Shown here in pieces: positions 23,091-31,221 of a stretch of DNA of 32,000 bases (the first letter of the stretch is position 1; each line of letters begins with the position of its first letter). A program made the position numbers and the translations under genes. Location: assembly GCF_001017655.1 (NCBI RefSeq), contig NZ_CP010904.1:2490001-2522000 (forward strand), in the 5' to 3' direction. The notes below the pieces were generated by a model, which was given only the letters and a program-made list of their open reading frames with translations, had not been told where the DNA came from and ran no database searches. The DNA comes from Kiritimatiella glycovorans. Lineage in GTDB: Bacteria; Verrucomicrobiota; Kiritimatiellia; Kiritimatiellales; Kiritimatiellaceae.

Positions 23091-25235
23091 TCAATCGGAG
23101 GGCCGGCCGGCGGCGCCAACCGTATCGGTCGGGCCGGTATAGCCCGGGCCGCTCCCGGCGAGAAATCCGTCGCTGCGTCCGCCGTCATCCGGACTGACCC
23201 AGAAGGCGTAGAGCGCGCCGTCCGTCACGGTGAACCGGAAGCGCACGGCCTGGCCCCGCAGGGCGCGAAAATCTTCCGCTCCGGCCCACGTCATTTCGCG
23301 CAGGGTCTCATCTCCCCGGAACGCCTCACTATTTGCAAGCGTAAACGGCGGGATGGGCTCTCCGCCGGCGTCCAGGATTTCGGCGCGCACATCACCCTCC
23401 GGCACGTCGGCGTTCACGAACAGACGGCATCCCTCATCGAACCGCACCGGTCGCGTGGTCAGGGTGGCCGGGACCTCCCCGGCGTCCATCGAGACAAACC
23501 CGTCGCGGCGCAGCTTCGCGATCCCCATCGCCCCGTTATCGTACATGCCGCCCTCCCCGGCGCGATCCTCGTTGCCCGCGAACCCGGTGTAGTAGAACCA
23601 GAGTTCATCGCCGCGCACCACGCAGATATTCCCGAGCGACTGGACATACCCTCGATCCCAGTTTCCCGCCTCGCGTTCGGCCCTGATGGCGGTCGTACGG
23701 TCGGGCCGGTGCCAATGAAATCCATCGCGGCTGTAGGCGAAGTTCAACTCGGTGATCTTCGGAGCGCCTTCACACTGATGATTATGCGGGCCGCGCCAGA
23801 TCTGGAAGAACCCGAGCATGAGGCTCTCGTAAGCCACGGCATCCAGATTATAGAGCTGGGGGGTCATGCCGACCTCCGGGTCGGGTGGATCGAGCCGGTC
23901 CGCGCCGGCCCACACCACCGGCTGTCCCGGCTGCCAGTTGAGTCCGGTGCGGTACTCCGCCTGATCCCAGTCGTTCCCCTCGATGAACCGGTCCGCCTCC
24001 CAGTAGTGCCGCGACCGACCGCGGAAGGCGGAACGTATACTGAAGACCCATTTTTTACGGAAGGGATTGTAGAACATCGTGCTGCGATCCCCGGTCGGAC
24101 CGCTGCGATCGAACTCGCCCCAATGAATCCCGTCGGGCGAGGTAAAACACATCGCACCCAGCTCCATCCCGCCGCCGGGTTCACGGACAAAGATCTTGTA
24201 GCGCGCGTCCGGGTCGTCCGTCCACCAGTCGCGCACCACCGTCCATGAATCCGGCCTGAGTCCCATCGGAATCACCTGATTATAGCCGGGCAGGATGTCC
24301 AGCTCCGGCCGGTGCCAGTCGATCCCGTTCGTACTGGTCGCGTAACAGACCGTGCCCAGCCAGCCCGCCTCGTACCACAGTTCAAAGATCTCCCGTTCCG
24401 GGTTCCACCACAGCCCGCCGCTCTTCGGAGAGGCCACGGCGAGACCGTTCCCCGGCCCGGCCTCGAGGTCGTTCTGCGGCTCGAGCACGGGATTACCGGC
24501 ATACTTTTCCGGATAGTGGAAGGTGCGTTCGAGATCGGTATCCTCGATCAGGAAATCGTCGACGAACAACTGGCGGCCGAGATCGATGGCTACGACCGCG
24601 GGCGGATGATCCAGGTACGGCACCGGCATGGGATCGGTCGATCTCGGATCGACATACGAAGGCGGCCACTCCTCCGGAAGGCGGATGCCGTTGTAGAGCA
24701 TTTCGCCGCGGTTGTCCTCCCACGAGGGCCGCTGCCAGGCTACGGCGCTCCGGAATCCGAGCAGCACCGTCCATTTGGAGAAATCATAGCGTTCGCCGAC
24801 CTTCACCGCCTTCCGGTAAATGCGCACCCGATTGGCGCTCATGTCGCCGAACAGCTGGAAGAGTCCGGGATTCTCCACTCGGGCAAATCCCCGCGCCTCC
24901 AGTTCTTCGTATCGCGCGCTGTTGTACGCATCGGACTCGGGGGTCAGGGCAAAGAGGAGACCGTCTTCCGCCACCACGATCGAATCGCTGCTGATCGGAT
25001 TGCGCAGAAATTTCAGTCCCCGCAGCCTGTCCGGACACTCGGCGACCGTGTAGTTGCGGTCGGTGAAAATCACGGCCCCGGGCTCAAAGACCGCGACGCC
25101 GGTCGCCGGATCGAAATCCCCCCGCACCTCGATGACCGCACCCGGCGCCCCGGTCAGCGCCGCCCCGAAGGCCGCCGCCCCCGGCACGGCCGCGAGCAGG
25201 ACTCCTGTTATAAGCAACGATATCCTCATCAGCAT
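23091..25235 (-). CDS. secreted beta-propeller glycoside-hydrolase-like protein (GH32/43/130-type fold), family unassigned
   Basis: Start at ATG 25235 (GGGAG upstream) with signal peptide MLMRISLLITGVLLAAVPGAAA. Three S/T-x-[DN]-G-x-x-W blade motifs are present (TSTNGIDWHRP, TSPDGIHWGEF, YSRDGFHWHRP). The C-terminal beta-sandwich-like tail (LTTRPVRF..LFVNADV..G.VRAEILD..G.PI) resembles GH32/43 accessory domains. The N-terminal ~200 aa has no motif I recognise. Confidence 0.45.
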   Translation of the reverse strand: MLMRISLLITGVLLAAVPGAAAFGAALTGAPGAVIEVRGDFDPATGVAVFEPGAVIFTDRNYTVAECPDRLRGLKFLRNPISSDSIVVAEDGLLFALTPESDAYNSARYEELEARGFARVENPGLFQLFGDMSANRVRIYRKAVKVGERYDFSKWTVLLGFRSAVAWQRPSWEDNRGEMLYNGIRLPEEWPPSYVDPRSTDPMPVPYLDHPPAVVAIDLGRQLFVDDFLIEDTDLERTFHYPEKYAGNPVLEPQNDLEAGPGNGLAVASPKSGGLWWNPEREIFELWYEAGWLGTVCYATSTNGIDWHRPELDILPGYNQVIPMGLRPDSWTVVRDWWTDDPDARYKIFVREPGGGMELGAMCFTSPDGIHWGEFDRSGPTGDRSTMFYNPFRKKWVFSIRSAFRGRSRHYWEADRFIEGNDWDQAEYRTGLNWQPGQPVVWAGADRLDPPDPEVGMTPQLYNLDAVAYESLMLGFFQIWRGPHNHQCEGAPKITELNFAYSRDGFHWHRPDRTTAIRAEREAGNWDRGYVQSLGNICVVRGDELWFYYTGFAGNEDRAGEGGMYDNGAMGIAKLRRDGFVSMDAGEVPATLTTRPVRFDEGCRLFVNADVPEGDVRAEILDAGGEPIPPFTLANSEAFRGDETLREMTWAGAEDFRALRGQAVRFRFTVTDGALYAFWVSPDDGGRSDGFLAGSGPGYTGPTDTVGAAGRPSD

Positions 25236-25432
25236 AACATCACACTCCCTGCCTTTAGCGAATCTCACTCAACCGTCACCCGAAAAAAAGCCCGCCGATG
25301 GTTCTCCATATACGGGGACCAGTCCATCGTCTCCCGCCCCGTCCCGCTGCGCCTGAGCACGGACCAACCGGTATCCGCCCAGTTCACGAGATCGGTCGAG
25401 ACCGCCACGCGGTATTCGATCCCGTCGAGGGC

Positions 25433-27160
25433 TTACCATGATCCAGTCGAGGCGGAGTCGCGCCGGATCCGCAGCCGATCATCCGGATCGGCGGGATCCG
25501 TGCCCGTGCGGTATTCTTCGCCGTCCGTCACGCCGTCGCCATCGAAATCGGCCTCGGGGCTCAGCCCGGCCGTCCCGGGCGCAAAGCCGTGTTCCCAGGC
25601 GTCGGGCAGTCCGTCGCCGTCCGTGTCGATCCCGCTCGTGGCGACGATCGCCGCGCCCAGGTCGCGACCGATCTGCAGCAGGGCTCCGCTCGTAAAATGC
25701 AGTTTCCCCTCATCGTATCCGGCGGAGACGGAGTAGACCGCCCCCGTCGTCGACGTCGCTGCAGCGTTGGGGTCGGCGGCGGTGACGGACTCCTGCGCGG
25801 CGAGGACAAGGTCCCACTGCGCCAGGCGGTTGGTATCCGTACTGCCCGCGACCTGGTTGGGCGAGAGTTTGGAGAGCGCGAAGGTCACGTCGGATCCAAA
25901 GGTGGCGCGCACATCGGCAATGAAGTCGGTCAGGTGCTGCGCATACTCCTGGCCCCGGTTCTCCAGCGCGTCGGATTCCCCCTGGACCCAGCCCATGCCG
26001 AGGACCTCGACGTCGTGCCGCGGATAGGTGTGACGCAGCGCGGCAATCGCCCGCCAGGCGGTCTCCTGAAAGATGCGGTAGATGTTGCCGTCGGCGGAAC
26101 GATCGGCCGTCCCGTCCGCCTTCCAGTCGTCCGGATCGTAGAGGCTGGTTCCACCGTGCGCGAACTTGGTCACCGCCACCTCGACACCGGGAATCGAAAT
26201 CCGGTCGCGCACCTCGCGGCCGAGGCTCAACTCGGGTCCGAACCGGCAGATGGGGGTGTTGGTCAATTCGGGATAGTGGCCGTGGGGTTTGACGACGGTG
26301 TTCGCCGTGCCCGACTGGAGTTTGATGAGGTGGTTTTCGGGCAGGTATCCGGTCCCGGCAATATCGTAGAGCAGATAGACATCGTTCTGGACCTCCGCGA
26401 GCGGATCGCCGCGATCGAGCAGGTACTGGTGATAACCCCATCCGAGGGCATTCGACTGTCCGCCGAAGAGCACGAGATAGACCGTCCGGTTGCGCAGCGG
26501 GGCGACGTCCGCATCGTAGAGTCCGATATCCTCCCAGTCCTCATAGGTCTCGTCACCGCTGATCCTTGTGAACCGGTCCCCCTCCGGATCATAGGTGTAG
26601 AGCCCCGGCATCCCTCCCCCGGCATCCGTACGCTGGAAGACAAGCGTCTCGCCGTCGGTTCCCACATCGCTCCAGACCGATTCGGGAAAAGTCTGCTTCG
26701 TACAGATACGCACGCAGGTCCGGCCCGCGTCGGCGGGATCGCAGAAGATATAGAGCCCGGGCCCTTCGAGACTCGAGCCGTGATAGAGGCCGTAGTACAC
26801 CCCGTGGGCATACCCGATCCCGTGCCAGTCACTGTAGGTGTCCGTCCCGCTGATCAGCGGGAGTGACGTCGCCCCGTCGTACTCGTGCAGCCCCGTCCCG
26901 CCGAAGCTCGTGCCGCGATTGATCACGAAGTAGTGATCGCCATCGAATCCGAGGCCCTGCCAGCTCACCCCGGGGAACGGCCATTCACCCACCCGCTTCG
27001 AGGTCTCGAACGGGTGCTCCGGATCGGTAAAGGTGTAGATCCCCTCCGGGGCCTCGCCGCCGCGGTAGAAACCCGCGAACACGGCGTCCGCCCTTACACT
27101 TTCAACGGCGGTCGCCAGGAGCAGGAGTCCGAGCCCGCCCGCTGAAATACTGCGCTTCAT
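25433..27160 (-). CDS. secreted SASA-domain (sialate O-acetylesterase-like, SGNH-related) carbohydrate esterase with N-terminal repeat module and C-terminal Ca-binding-type repeats
   Basis: Start at ATG 27160 with signal peptide MKRSISAGGLGLLLLATAVESVRA. SASA signatures are VYLVLFGGQSNALGWG and GMGWVQGESDA. Four ~45-aa repeats lie N-terminal to the esterase. The C-terminus has DTDGDGLPDAWE and DFDGDGVTDGEEYRTGTDPADPDD (thrombospondin type 3-like). Confidence 0.72.
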   Translation of the reverse strand: MKRSISAGGLGLLLLATAVESVRADAVFAGFYRGGEAPEGIYTFTDPEHPFETSKRVGEWPFPGVSWQGLGFDGDHYFVINRGTSFGGTGLHEYDGATSLPLISGTDTYSDWHGIGYAHGVYYGLYHGSSLEGPGLYIFCDPADAGRTCVRICTKQTFPESVWSDVGTDGETLVFQRTDAGGGMPGLYTYDPEGDRFTRISGDETYEDWEDIGLYDADVAPLRNRTVYLVLFGGQSNALGWGYHQYLLDRGDPLAEVQNDVYLLYDIAGTGYLPENHLIKLQSGTANTVVKPHGHYPELTNTPICRFGPELSLGREVRDRISIPGVEVAVTKFAHGGTSLYDPDDWKADGTADRSADGNIYRIFQETAWRAIAALRHTYPRHDVEVLGMGWVQGESDALENRGQEYAQHLTDFIADVRATFGSDVTFALSKLSPNQVAGSTDTNRLAQWDLVLAAQESVTAADPNAAATSTTGAVYSVSAGYDEGKLHFTSGALLQIGRDLGAAIVATSGIDTDGDGLPDAWEHGFAPGTAGLSPEADFDGDGVTDGEEYRTGTDPADPDDRLRIRRDSASTGSW

Positions 27161-27250
27161 ACCGGAAATCCTTTTTTGCAGTGCGCTCTGCGCGCATAGT
27201 ATATGGATGCTCACAATCCGCGCTTTCCTGAGAGGAAGTGCGGGTTTTAT

Positions 27251-27269
27251 ATTTGCATTTTATGCAAAT
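27251..27269. promoter_or_regulatory. perfect palindrome in AT-rich divergent control region (candidate IclR/AraC operator)
   Basis: ATTTGCAT-TTT-ATGCAAAT is a perfect inverted repeat with 8-bp arms. An adjacent CTATATAG palindrome lies at 27276-27283. Both sit in the only strongly AT-rich stretch of the 27161-27390 gap, between the esterase gene (-) and the iclR-like gene (+). Confidence 0.4.
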
Positions 27270-27390
27270 GCTGAACTATATAGTGAAACCTTTATAGATT
27301 GGTTCAGGTGGGATCACAAGGCAAAACGGATTAGGTTGCGGGCATTCGTCCTGAAAGGTGCCTGAAAACATCGGATGGTAAGGGAGTGAC

Positions 27391-28170
27391 ATGAGAATAC
27401 TGCCCTCGTTTCTGAAGGGAATACGTATTCTGGAGTGCATCGCTGCGGAACCGCGCGGCGTGAGGCTGAAGGATATCGCGGACCGGCTTGAGCTTCCGGC
27501 CTCGAACGTGACGCTCTATCTCAACACGCTGGTGGCATCCGGGGTCGCCTTGCGCGATCCGGTCAACAAACGCTACTGCATCGCGCCCGAGGCGATCGAA
27601 CAGTTTAGAACCGCGGGCGAAGGCCTCGTGCACCGGCTCGTCCCGTGCGCGGAGGAGCCGATGAAAAAGCTGCACGCCCGGTTCAACGAGAACGTGTTGC
27701 TCGGCTATCCGAAGGCGCACTCGGTCATCTTCATCAAACACCTGACCTCGCGTCACGTGATGCGGATCGGGATCGAACCTGTCCCGGAATTCCCGATGCA
27801 CGTGACCGCCGCCGGACGCGCCATCCTGGCCTATCTGCCGCAACGCGAACTGGATCGCTATTTAGACCAGGCTTCCTTCCGCAAGATCACGTCCAGAACC
27901 GTGACCTCGAAAAAGACGCTGCAGGCGATCTTTGAAGAGGTGCGCGAGCGGGGATTCGCCTTTAATCCGGGCGAGTTCGAGGAGGACGTGATGGCGCTCG
28001 CGGCCCCGATCCGCGTCGCCGGACGCGCGATCGCTTCACTGACGGTTCAGTATCCGACCATCCGACATACGCAGGACGAAGTCCTGACCTACGGCCCGGC
28101 GGTGGTCGAACAGGCGGCGGCGGTTGAGCGAGCGCTGAACGCGAGGACAGAGGCTCCCTCTCCGGGTTGA
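27391..28170 (+). CDS. IclR-family transcriptional regulator
   Basis: N-terminal winged HTH (LKGIRILECIAAEPRGVRLKDIADRLELPASNVTLYLNTLVASG) and a C-terminal IclR effector domain (MHVTAAGRAILAYLP, GFAFNPGEFEEDVMALAAPI). A Shine-Dalgarno sequence AAGGGAG lies upstream. Confidence 0.9.
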   Translation: MRILPSFLKGIRILECIAAEPRGVRLKDIADRLELPASNVTLYLNTLVASGVALRDPVNKRYCIAPEAIEQFRTAGEGLVHRLVPCAEEPMKKLHARFNENVLLGYPKAHSVIFIKHLTSRHVMRIGIEPVPEFPMHVTAAGRAILAYLPQRELDRYLDQASFRKITSRTVTSKKTLQAIFEEVRERGFAFNPGEFEEDVMALAAPIRVAGRAIASLTVQYPTIRHTQDEVLTYGPAVVEQAAAVERALNARTEAPSPG

Positions 28171-28958
28171 GGATGGCCATGCCCGATCCACTCCGCGATC
28201 TGGAATACATCAACGTCGGGATATCCACAGACCGCGAGTGGACCCCGGGGGTCAAAATCCCGCTGCACAGCGGATTCCATTACATTCTGGAGGGATCGTA
28301 CGCCGTGCGCGCGGAGTGTTTCGGCGCACGCACGCTGAAGCGCGGTGATCTGCTGGCGGTGTTCGCGGATCGTCTGTTCATGCTCGAGGGTCGCTTCCGC
28401 TATCTCTTTCTCTCGATTCGCGGCGACGGATGTGTTCCCTTCCTGCGCGCCTGCGGGTTCACGCCGGAAGCACCCTTCTGCCCGGGGGCGCCGGAGGAGA
28501 TCTACTACCCGATGCATGAGCTGCTCTCCGGTATGCACGGGGGTCGGCGCGATCACCCCTTCTTCTTCGCCGCACGCCTGATGCGGATCGGGGAGATCCT
28601 GCGTGACCGGATGATGCCTGCGGATGAACGGCGATCCACTCCCCCCTACGCCGAACAGGTGCGGCGCGTCATGGAAGAGACCGAGTACCGCTGCGAAGGG
28701 GTGACGGAGGCCGCCGCGCATCTCGCGGTCAGCCCCGACACGCTGCGCAGGGCCTGTCGACGCGAGATGGGCGTGTCGGCGATCGAATACCTCACCCGCC
28801 TCCGGCTCGAACGCGCCTGTAAGCTGCTGCGCAAGACCTCGTATAAGATCGCCTTCATCGCCTCCGCCTGCGGCTACCGAAGCGAAAAGTATTTCATCAC
28901 CGCTTTCCGCCGTCGCGTGGGCACGACCCCGGCCCGGTGGAGGGAAAGACATCGGTGA
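28167..28958 (+). CDS. AraC/XylS-family transcriptional regulator
   Basis: N-terminal cupin-like sensor region and a C-terminal double HTH (VTEAAAHLAVSPDTLRRACRREMGVSAIEYLTRLRLERACKLLRKTSYKIAFIASACGYRSEKYFITAFRRRVGTTPARWR). The start is ambiguous: TTG 28167 overlaps the iclR stop, and ATGs lie at 28173 and 28179. Confidence 0.9.
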   Translation: MRMAMPDPLRDLEYINVGISTDREWTPGVKIPLHSGFHYILEGSYAVRAECFGARTLKRGDLLAVFADRLFMLEGRFRYLFLSIRGDGCVPFLRACGFTPEAPFCPGAPEEIYYPMHELLSGMHGGRRDHPFFFAARLMRIGEILRDRMMPADERRSTPPYAEQVRRVMEETEYRCEGVTEAAAHLAVSPDTLRRACRREMGVSAIEYLTRLRLERACKLLRKTSYKIAFIASACGYRSEKYFITAFRRRVGTTPARWRERHR

Positions 28959-29090
28959 GAAGAACGGAGGGATGCGTGCTCTCCGAGCGCGCCGCAAATT
29001 CGAAATCTATTTTTCGACCAGTAGAGTAGAGAGGGAGCCACGGGATGAGAGGCTTAGAGCCAATGACCGCGGACTGCCCTCCCCCTCGTC

Positions 29091-29123
29091 GAACCGGACA
29101 TGCGGATTTCCCGCATCCGGCTC
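29091..29123 (-). ncRNA. group II intron domain V (catalytic hairpin)
   Basis: The reverse complement reads GAGCCGGAUGCGGGAAAUCCGCAUGUCCGGUUC. It has the canonical AGC triad, a GAAA-type loop and a 2-nt bulge geometry. It lies 26 nt downstream of the IEP stop. Confidence 0.9.
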
Positions 29124-29149
29124 TCGCGGAAGGCATTTGTTGGATGGTT

Positions 29150-30481
29150 TCACAGGTAGATCAGTCCCATGTTCTTGAAATGCGCGTAGTAGCTCATACC
29201 TTCAGGGGGCCAGTAGCCGCGCTGACTGCGTCGTTTCGCATGTCGCGTGAGACGCTGTCGCACGTATCCATTGACGTGGCGGAATGCCACACGCGGATAA
29301 CCCAGCGAAAAGTAGTTTGCCCATCCTCGCATTTGCATGTTGAGTTCGTCGATCACCGTCGGCAGAGGTTTGAAGCATTGTTCCGGTCCGGTCATCTCCC
29401 GAAGCCGATCACGTTCCCGTTGGAGCGCTTTCCGCGACGGTGTCAGGTTCCAGTACCGGCACGGGCGTCCGCCGAGGTCCCGGTCATAGCGGAAGCTATA
29501 TCCGAGAAAGTCCAGCGTCTGCCCCGGTTCCCGAGCATCGAGTATCCGGGTTTTCTCCCGGTTAATCTTCAGCCCGAGCCACCCTTCTATCTTGGCTTCG
29601 ATGAACGCTTCGAGTTGCGGACCGATATACCGGGCGAGGACCACGAAGTCATCGGCGTACCTCACCAGTTTGGCCTTCGCCCACCGTGCCGGTCCGTCTT
29701 TGCGGTAAAACACCGCATCGAACCAGTGCAGATAGATGTTGGCCAGAAGCGGCGAAATGACCCCGCCTTGCGGCGTGCCCTTGTCGTTGCGCTTCACGGT
29801 CGGCGGTTTGCCTTTCTCCGTTTCCTCTACCGGCGCTTTCAGCCACATTCGGATCAGCTTCAGCACGGACCGGTCGGTGACACGCATCTGCACACAAGCG
29901 ATGAGCTTGTCGTGTGGAATACTGTCGAAATAGCCGGCCAGATCCGCATCATACACCGCACACCGCCCTTGCCGGAGCTCCTGTCCAATCGCCTTCAACG
30001 CATCATGCGCCGAGCGCTCAGGCCGGAACCCATGGGAGCAGTCCTTGAAGTCAGCTTCAAAGATCGGTTCCAATATCAGAACCGTAGCGGTCTGCACGAC
30101 CCGATCCCGCACCGAGGGTATTCCCAAGGGACGGAGTTTCCCGTTCACCTTCTGGATGTAGACCCGCCGCACTTTTCCAGCACGGTAGGTTCGATCCTTC
30201 AGGCTGCGTTCAATATCCGCCAAGAAGGCTTCGACTCCTCCTTGACTCTGTTCGATGTCCTCGATGGTCACACCATCGGGGCCTTCTTTTCCGCCGTTAG
30301 CGCGTACATGTTTCCATGCCGCCAGCAGAGTGTCGGCCCGGCCAATGTGGCCATAGAGACTGTAGAAGCGAAACCGCTTCTCCTGTTTGGCCTTCTGACT
30401 CAGCTTCTGTCTCAGCGCGGCGAGTTTCGGCGGCAAGAGTCTGTCGTCAATGCGATAGTACTCCGTCGCTTCTTCTGTCAT
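29150..30481 (-). CDS. group II intron reverse transcriptase/maturase (no endonuclease domain)
   Basis: RT domains 0-7 including [51 protein letters not shown] and [10 protein letters not shown] maturase X domain follows ([10 protein letters not shown]). The protein ends right after X with no HNH/En region. I prefer the ATG at 30481; the track uses TTG 30493. Confidence 0.95.
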   Translation of the reverse strand: MTEEATEYYRIDDRLLPPKLAALRQKLSQKAKQEKRFRFYSLYGHIGRADTLLAAWKHVRANGGKEGPDGVTIEDIEQSQGGVEAFLADIERSLKDRTYRAGKVRRVYIQKVNGKLRPLGIPSVRDRVVQTATVLILEPIFEADFKDCSHGFRPERSAHDALKAIGQELRQGRCAVYDADLAGYFDSIPHDKLIACVQMRVTDRSVLKLIRMWLKAPVEETEKGKPPTVKRNDKGTPQGGVISPLLANIYLHWFDAVFYRKDGPARWAKAKLVRYADDFVVLARYIGPQLEAFIEAKIEGWLGLKINREKTRILDAREPGQTLDFLGYSFRYDRDLGGRPCRYWNLTPSRKALQRERDRLREMTGPEQCFKPLPTVIDELNMQMRGWANYFSLGYPRVAFRHVNGYVRQRLTRHAKRRSQRGYWPPEGMSYYAHFKNMGLIYL

Positions 30482-31221
30482 AGGTTTCACCAATCAGTCC
30501 CCCGCGCTTCTTACTCAGCTCGTCTTCCGCCGAGACCCCTTCGCTCCACGGGCATTACCCCGCTTCATCACTACTACGAGCCTCTCCGACTCCCGCACGC
30601 GATCACCCCCGAGGTTATTGATTCCCCCACGGGCTTGTCGGCTTACCCGACATCACGGCGGGCCTCCCAAGTTCCTGGCTGTTCTTTCTGCGCGCGCCGT
30701 CTCTTGTTACCCCGGAGGGCCTTGCCGGTGCATATGACCGTTCCTTCCCGACAAGTGCTGGCTTCATCATATCCGATAGGCTGGCCGCCCTCGGCTTGTG
30801 TAACGAGGCTGAATCAAGTTCGCTTTCGCTACGGCTCGCGCGTTCGCCTTCCCAGGCTTCGACGCCGGGGTTACCCCCGATCACCGCTGGGTCGGCTACA
30901 TATGCAACGATCAATTCACACGACTGACTCCTTTCATTCAGTTAGAAACAGCCAAGCTTTGCTTGGCGCACCGGATGGCACCGATAGCACGGATATGTTT
31001 AAAATCACGATCGGGATCGGACTCGGGCTTCACCACAGGTCACAGAACACATGATTCGCGCTCGTACGCGCACTCGGAACGCCGCAGGCGCGATCCTTTT
31101 TCCAGTCCAGGAAATCGACTACGAGCACCGCTTCGCTGAGTACGAGTACGATTATGATATTTAGCCGGGGGTCCCGATGTTGAACTCAGGAAGACCTCGG
31201 TGAGAGGAACGGGAGACGCGC

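Larger units (their letters stand above)
29021..30971 (-). mobile_element. complete group II intron (ribozyme plus intron-encoded protein), ~1951 nt
   Basis: The minus-strand RNA begins GUGCG (reverse complement of 30967-30971). The 5' segments CCAAG and CUUGGCUGUU pair with AACAGCCAGG and CUUGG about 290-305 nt downstream, closing domain I. A domain III-like CUCGUAGUAGUGAUGAAGCGGGGUAAUGCCC precedes the ORF, which sits in domain IV. Domain V is at 29091-29123. The domain VI helix has a bulged A 7 nt from the 3' end, ...CUCUACUCUAC (reverse complement of 29021-29031). The boundaries were reasoned by hand and carry a few nt of uncertainty. Confidence 0.88.

Noticed and set aside
11584-26866. 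Other long shadow ORFs (11584-13005 -, 13115-14542 +, 15635-16630 +, 17510-18796 +, 19505-20323 -, 21652-22593 +, 24312-25736 +, 25589-26866 +)
   Set aside because: Each lies antisense or out of frame within a well-supported gene, and none has recognisable motifs.
29150-30493. Retron, DGR or defence-associated RT interpretation
   Set aside because: The RT is embedded in canonical group II intron RNA with clear domains V and VI and carries a maturase X domain. No template/variable repeat pair, msr/msd-like structure or effector genes lie adjacent.
29045-31054. 669-aa + strand ORF spanning the group II intron
   Set aside because: It is antisense to the RT/maturase and the ribozyme domains and has no motifs. 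The minus-strand reading gives an unmistakable RT (YADD) and intron RNA landmarks.
30972-31073. Alternative intron 5' end at the second GUGCG (reverse complement of 31069-31073)
   Set aside because: The GUGCG at 30971 is immediately followed by segments that pair with the 3' end of domain I (CCAAG/CUUGG and CUUGGCUGUU/AACAGCCAGG), as expected for the true 5' end. The upstream candidate offers no such pairing. I cannot fully exclude it without a covariance model.
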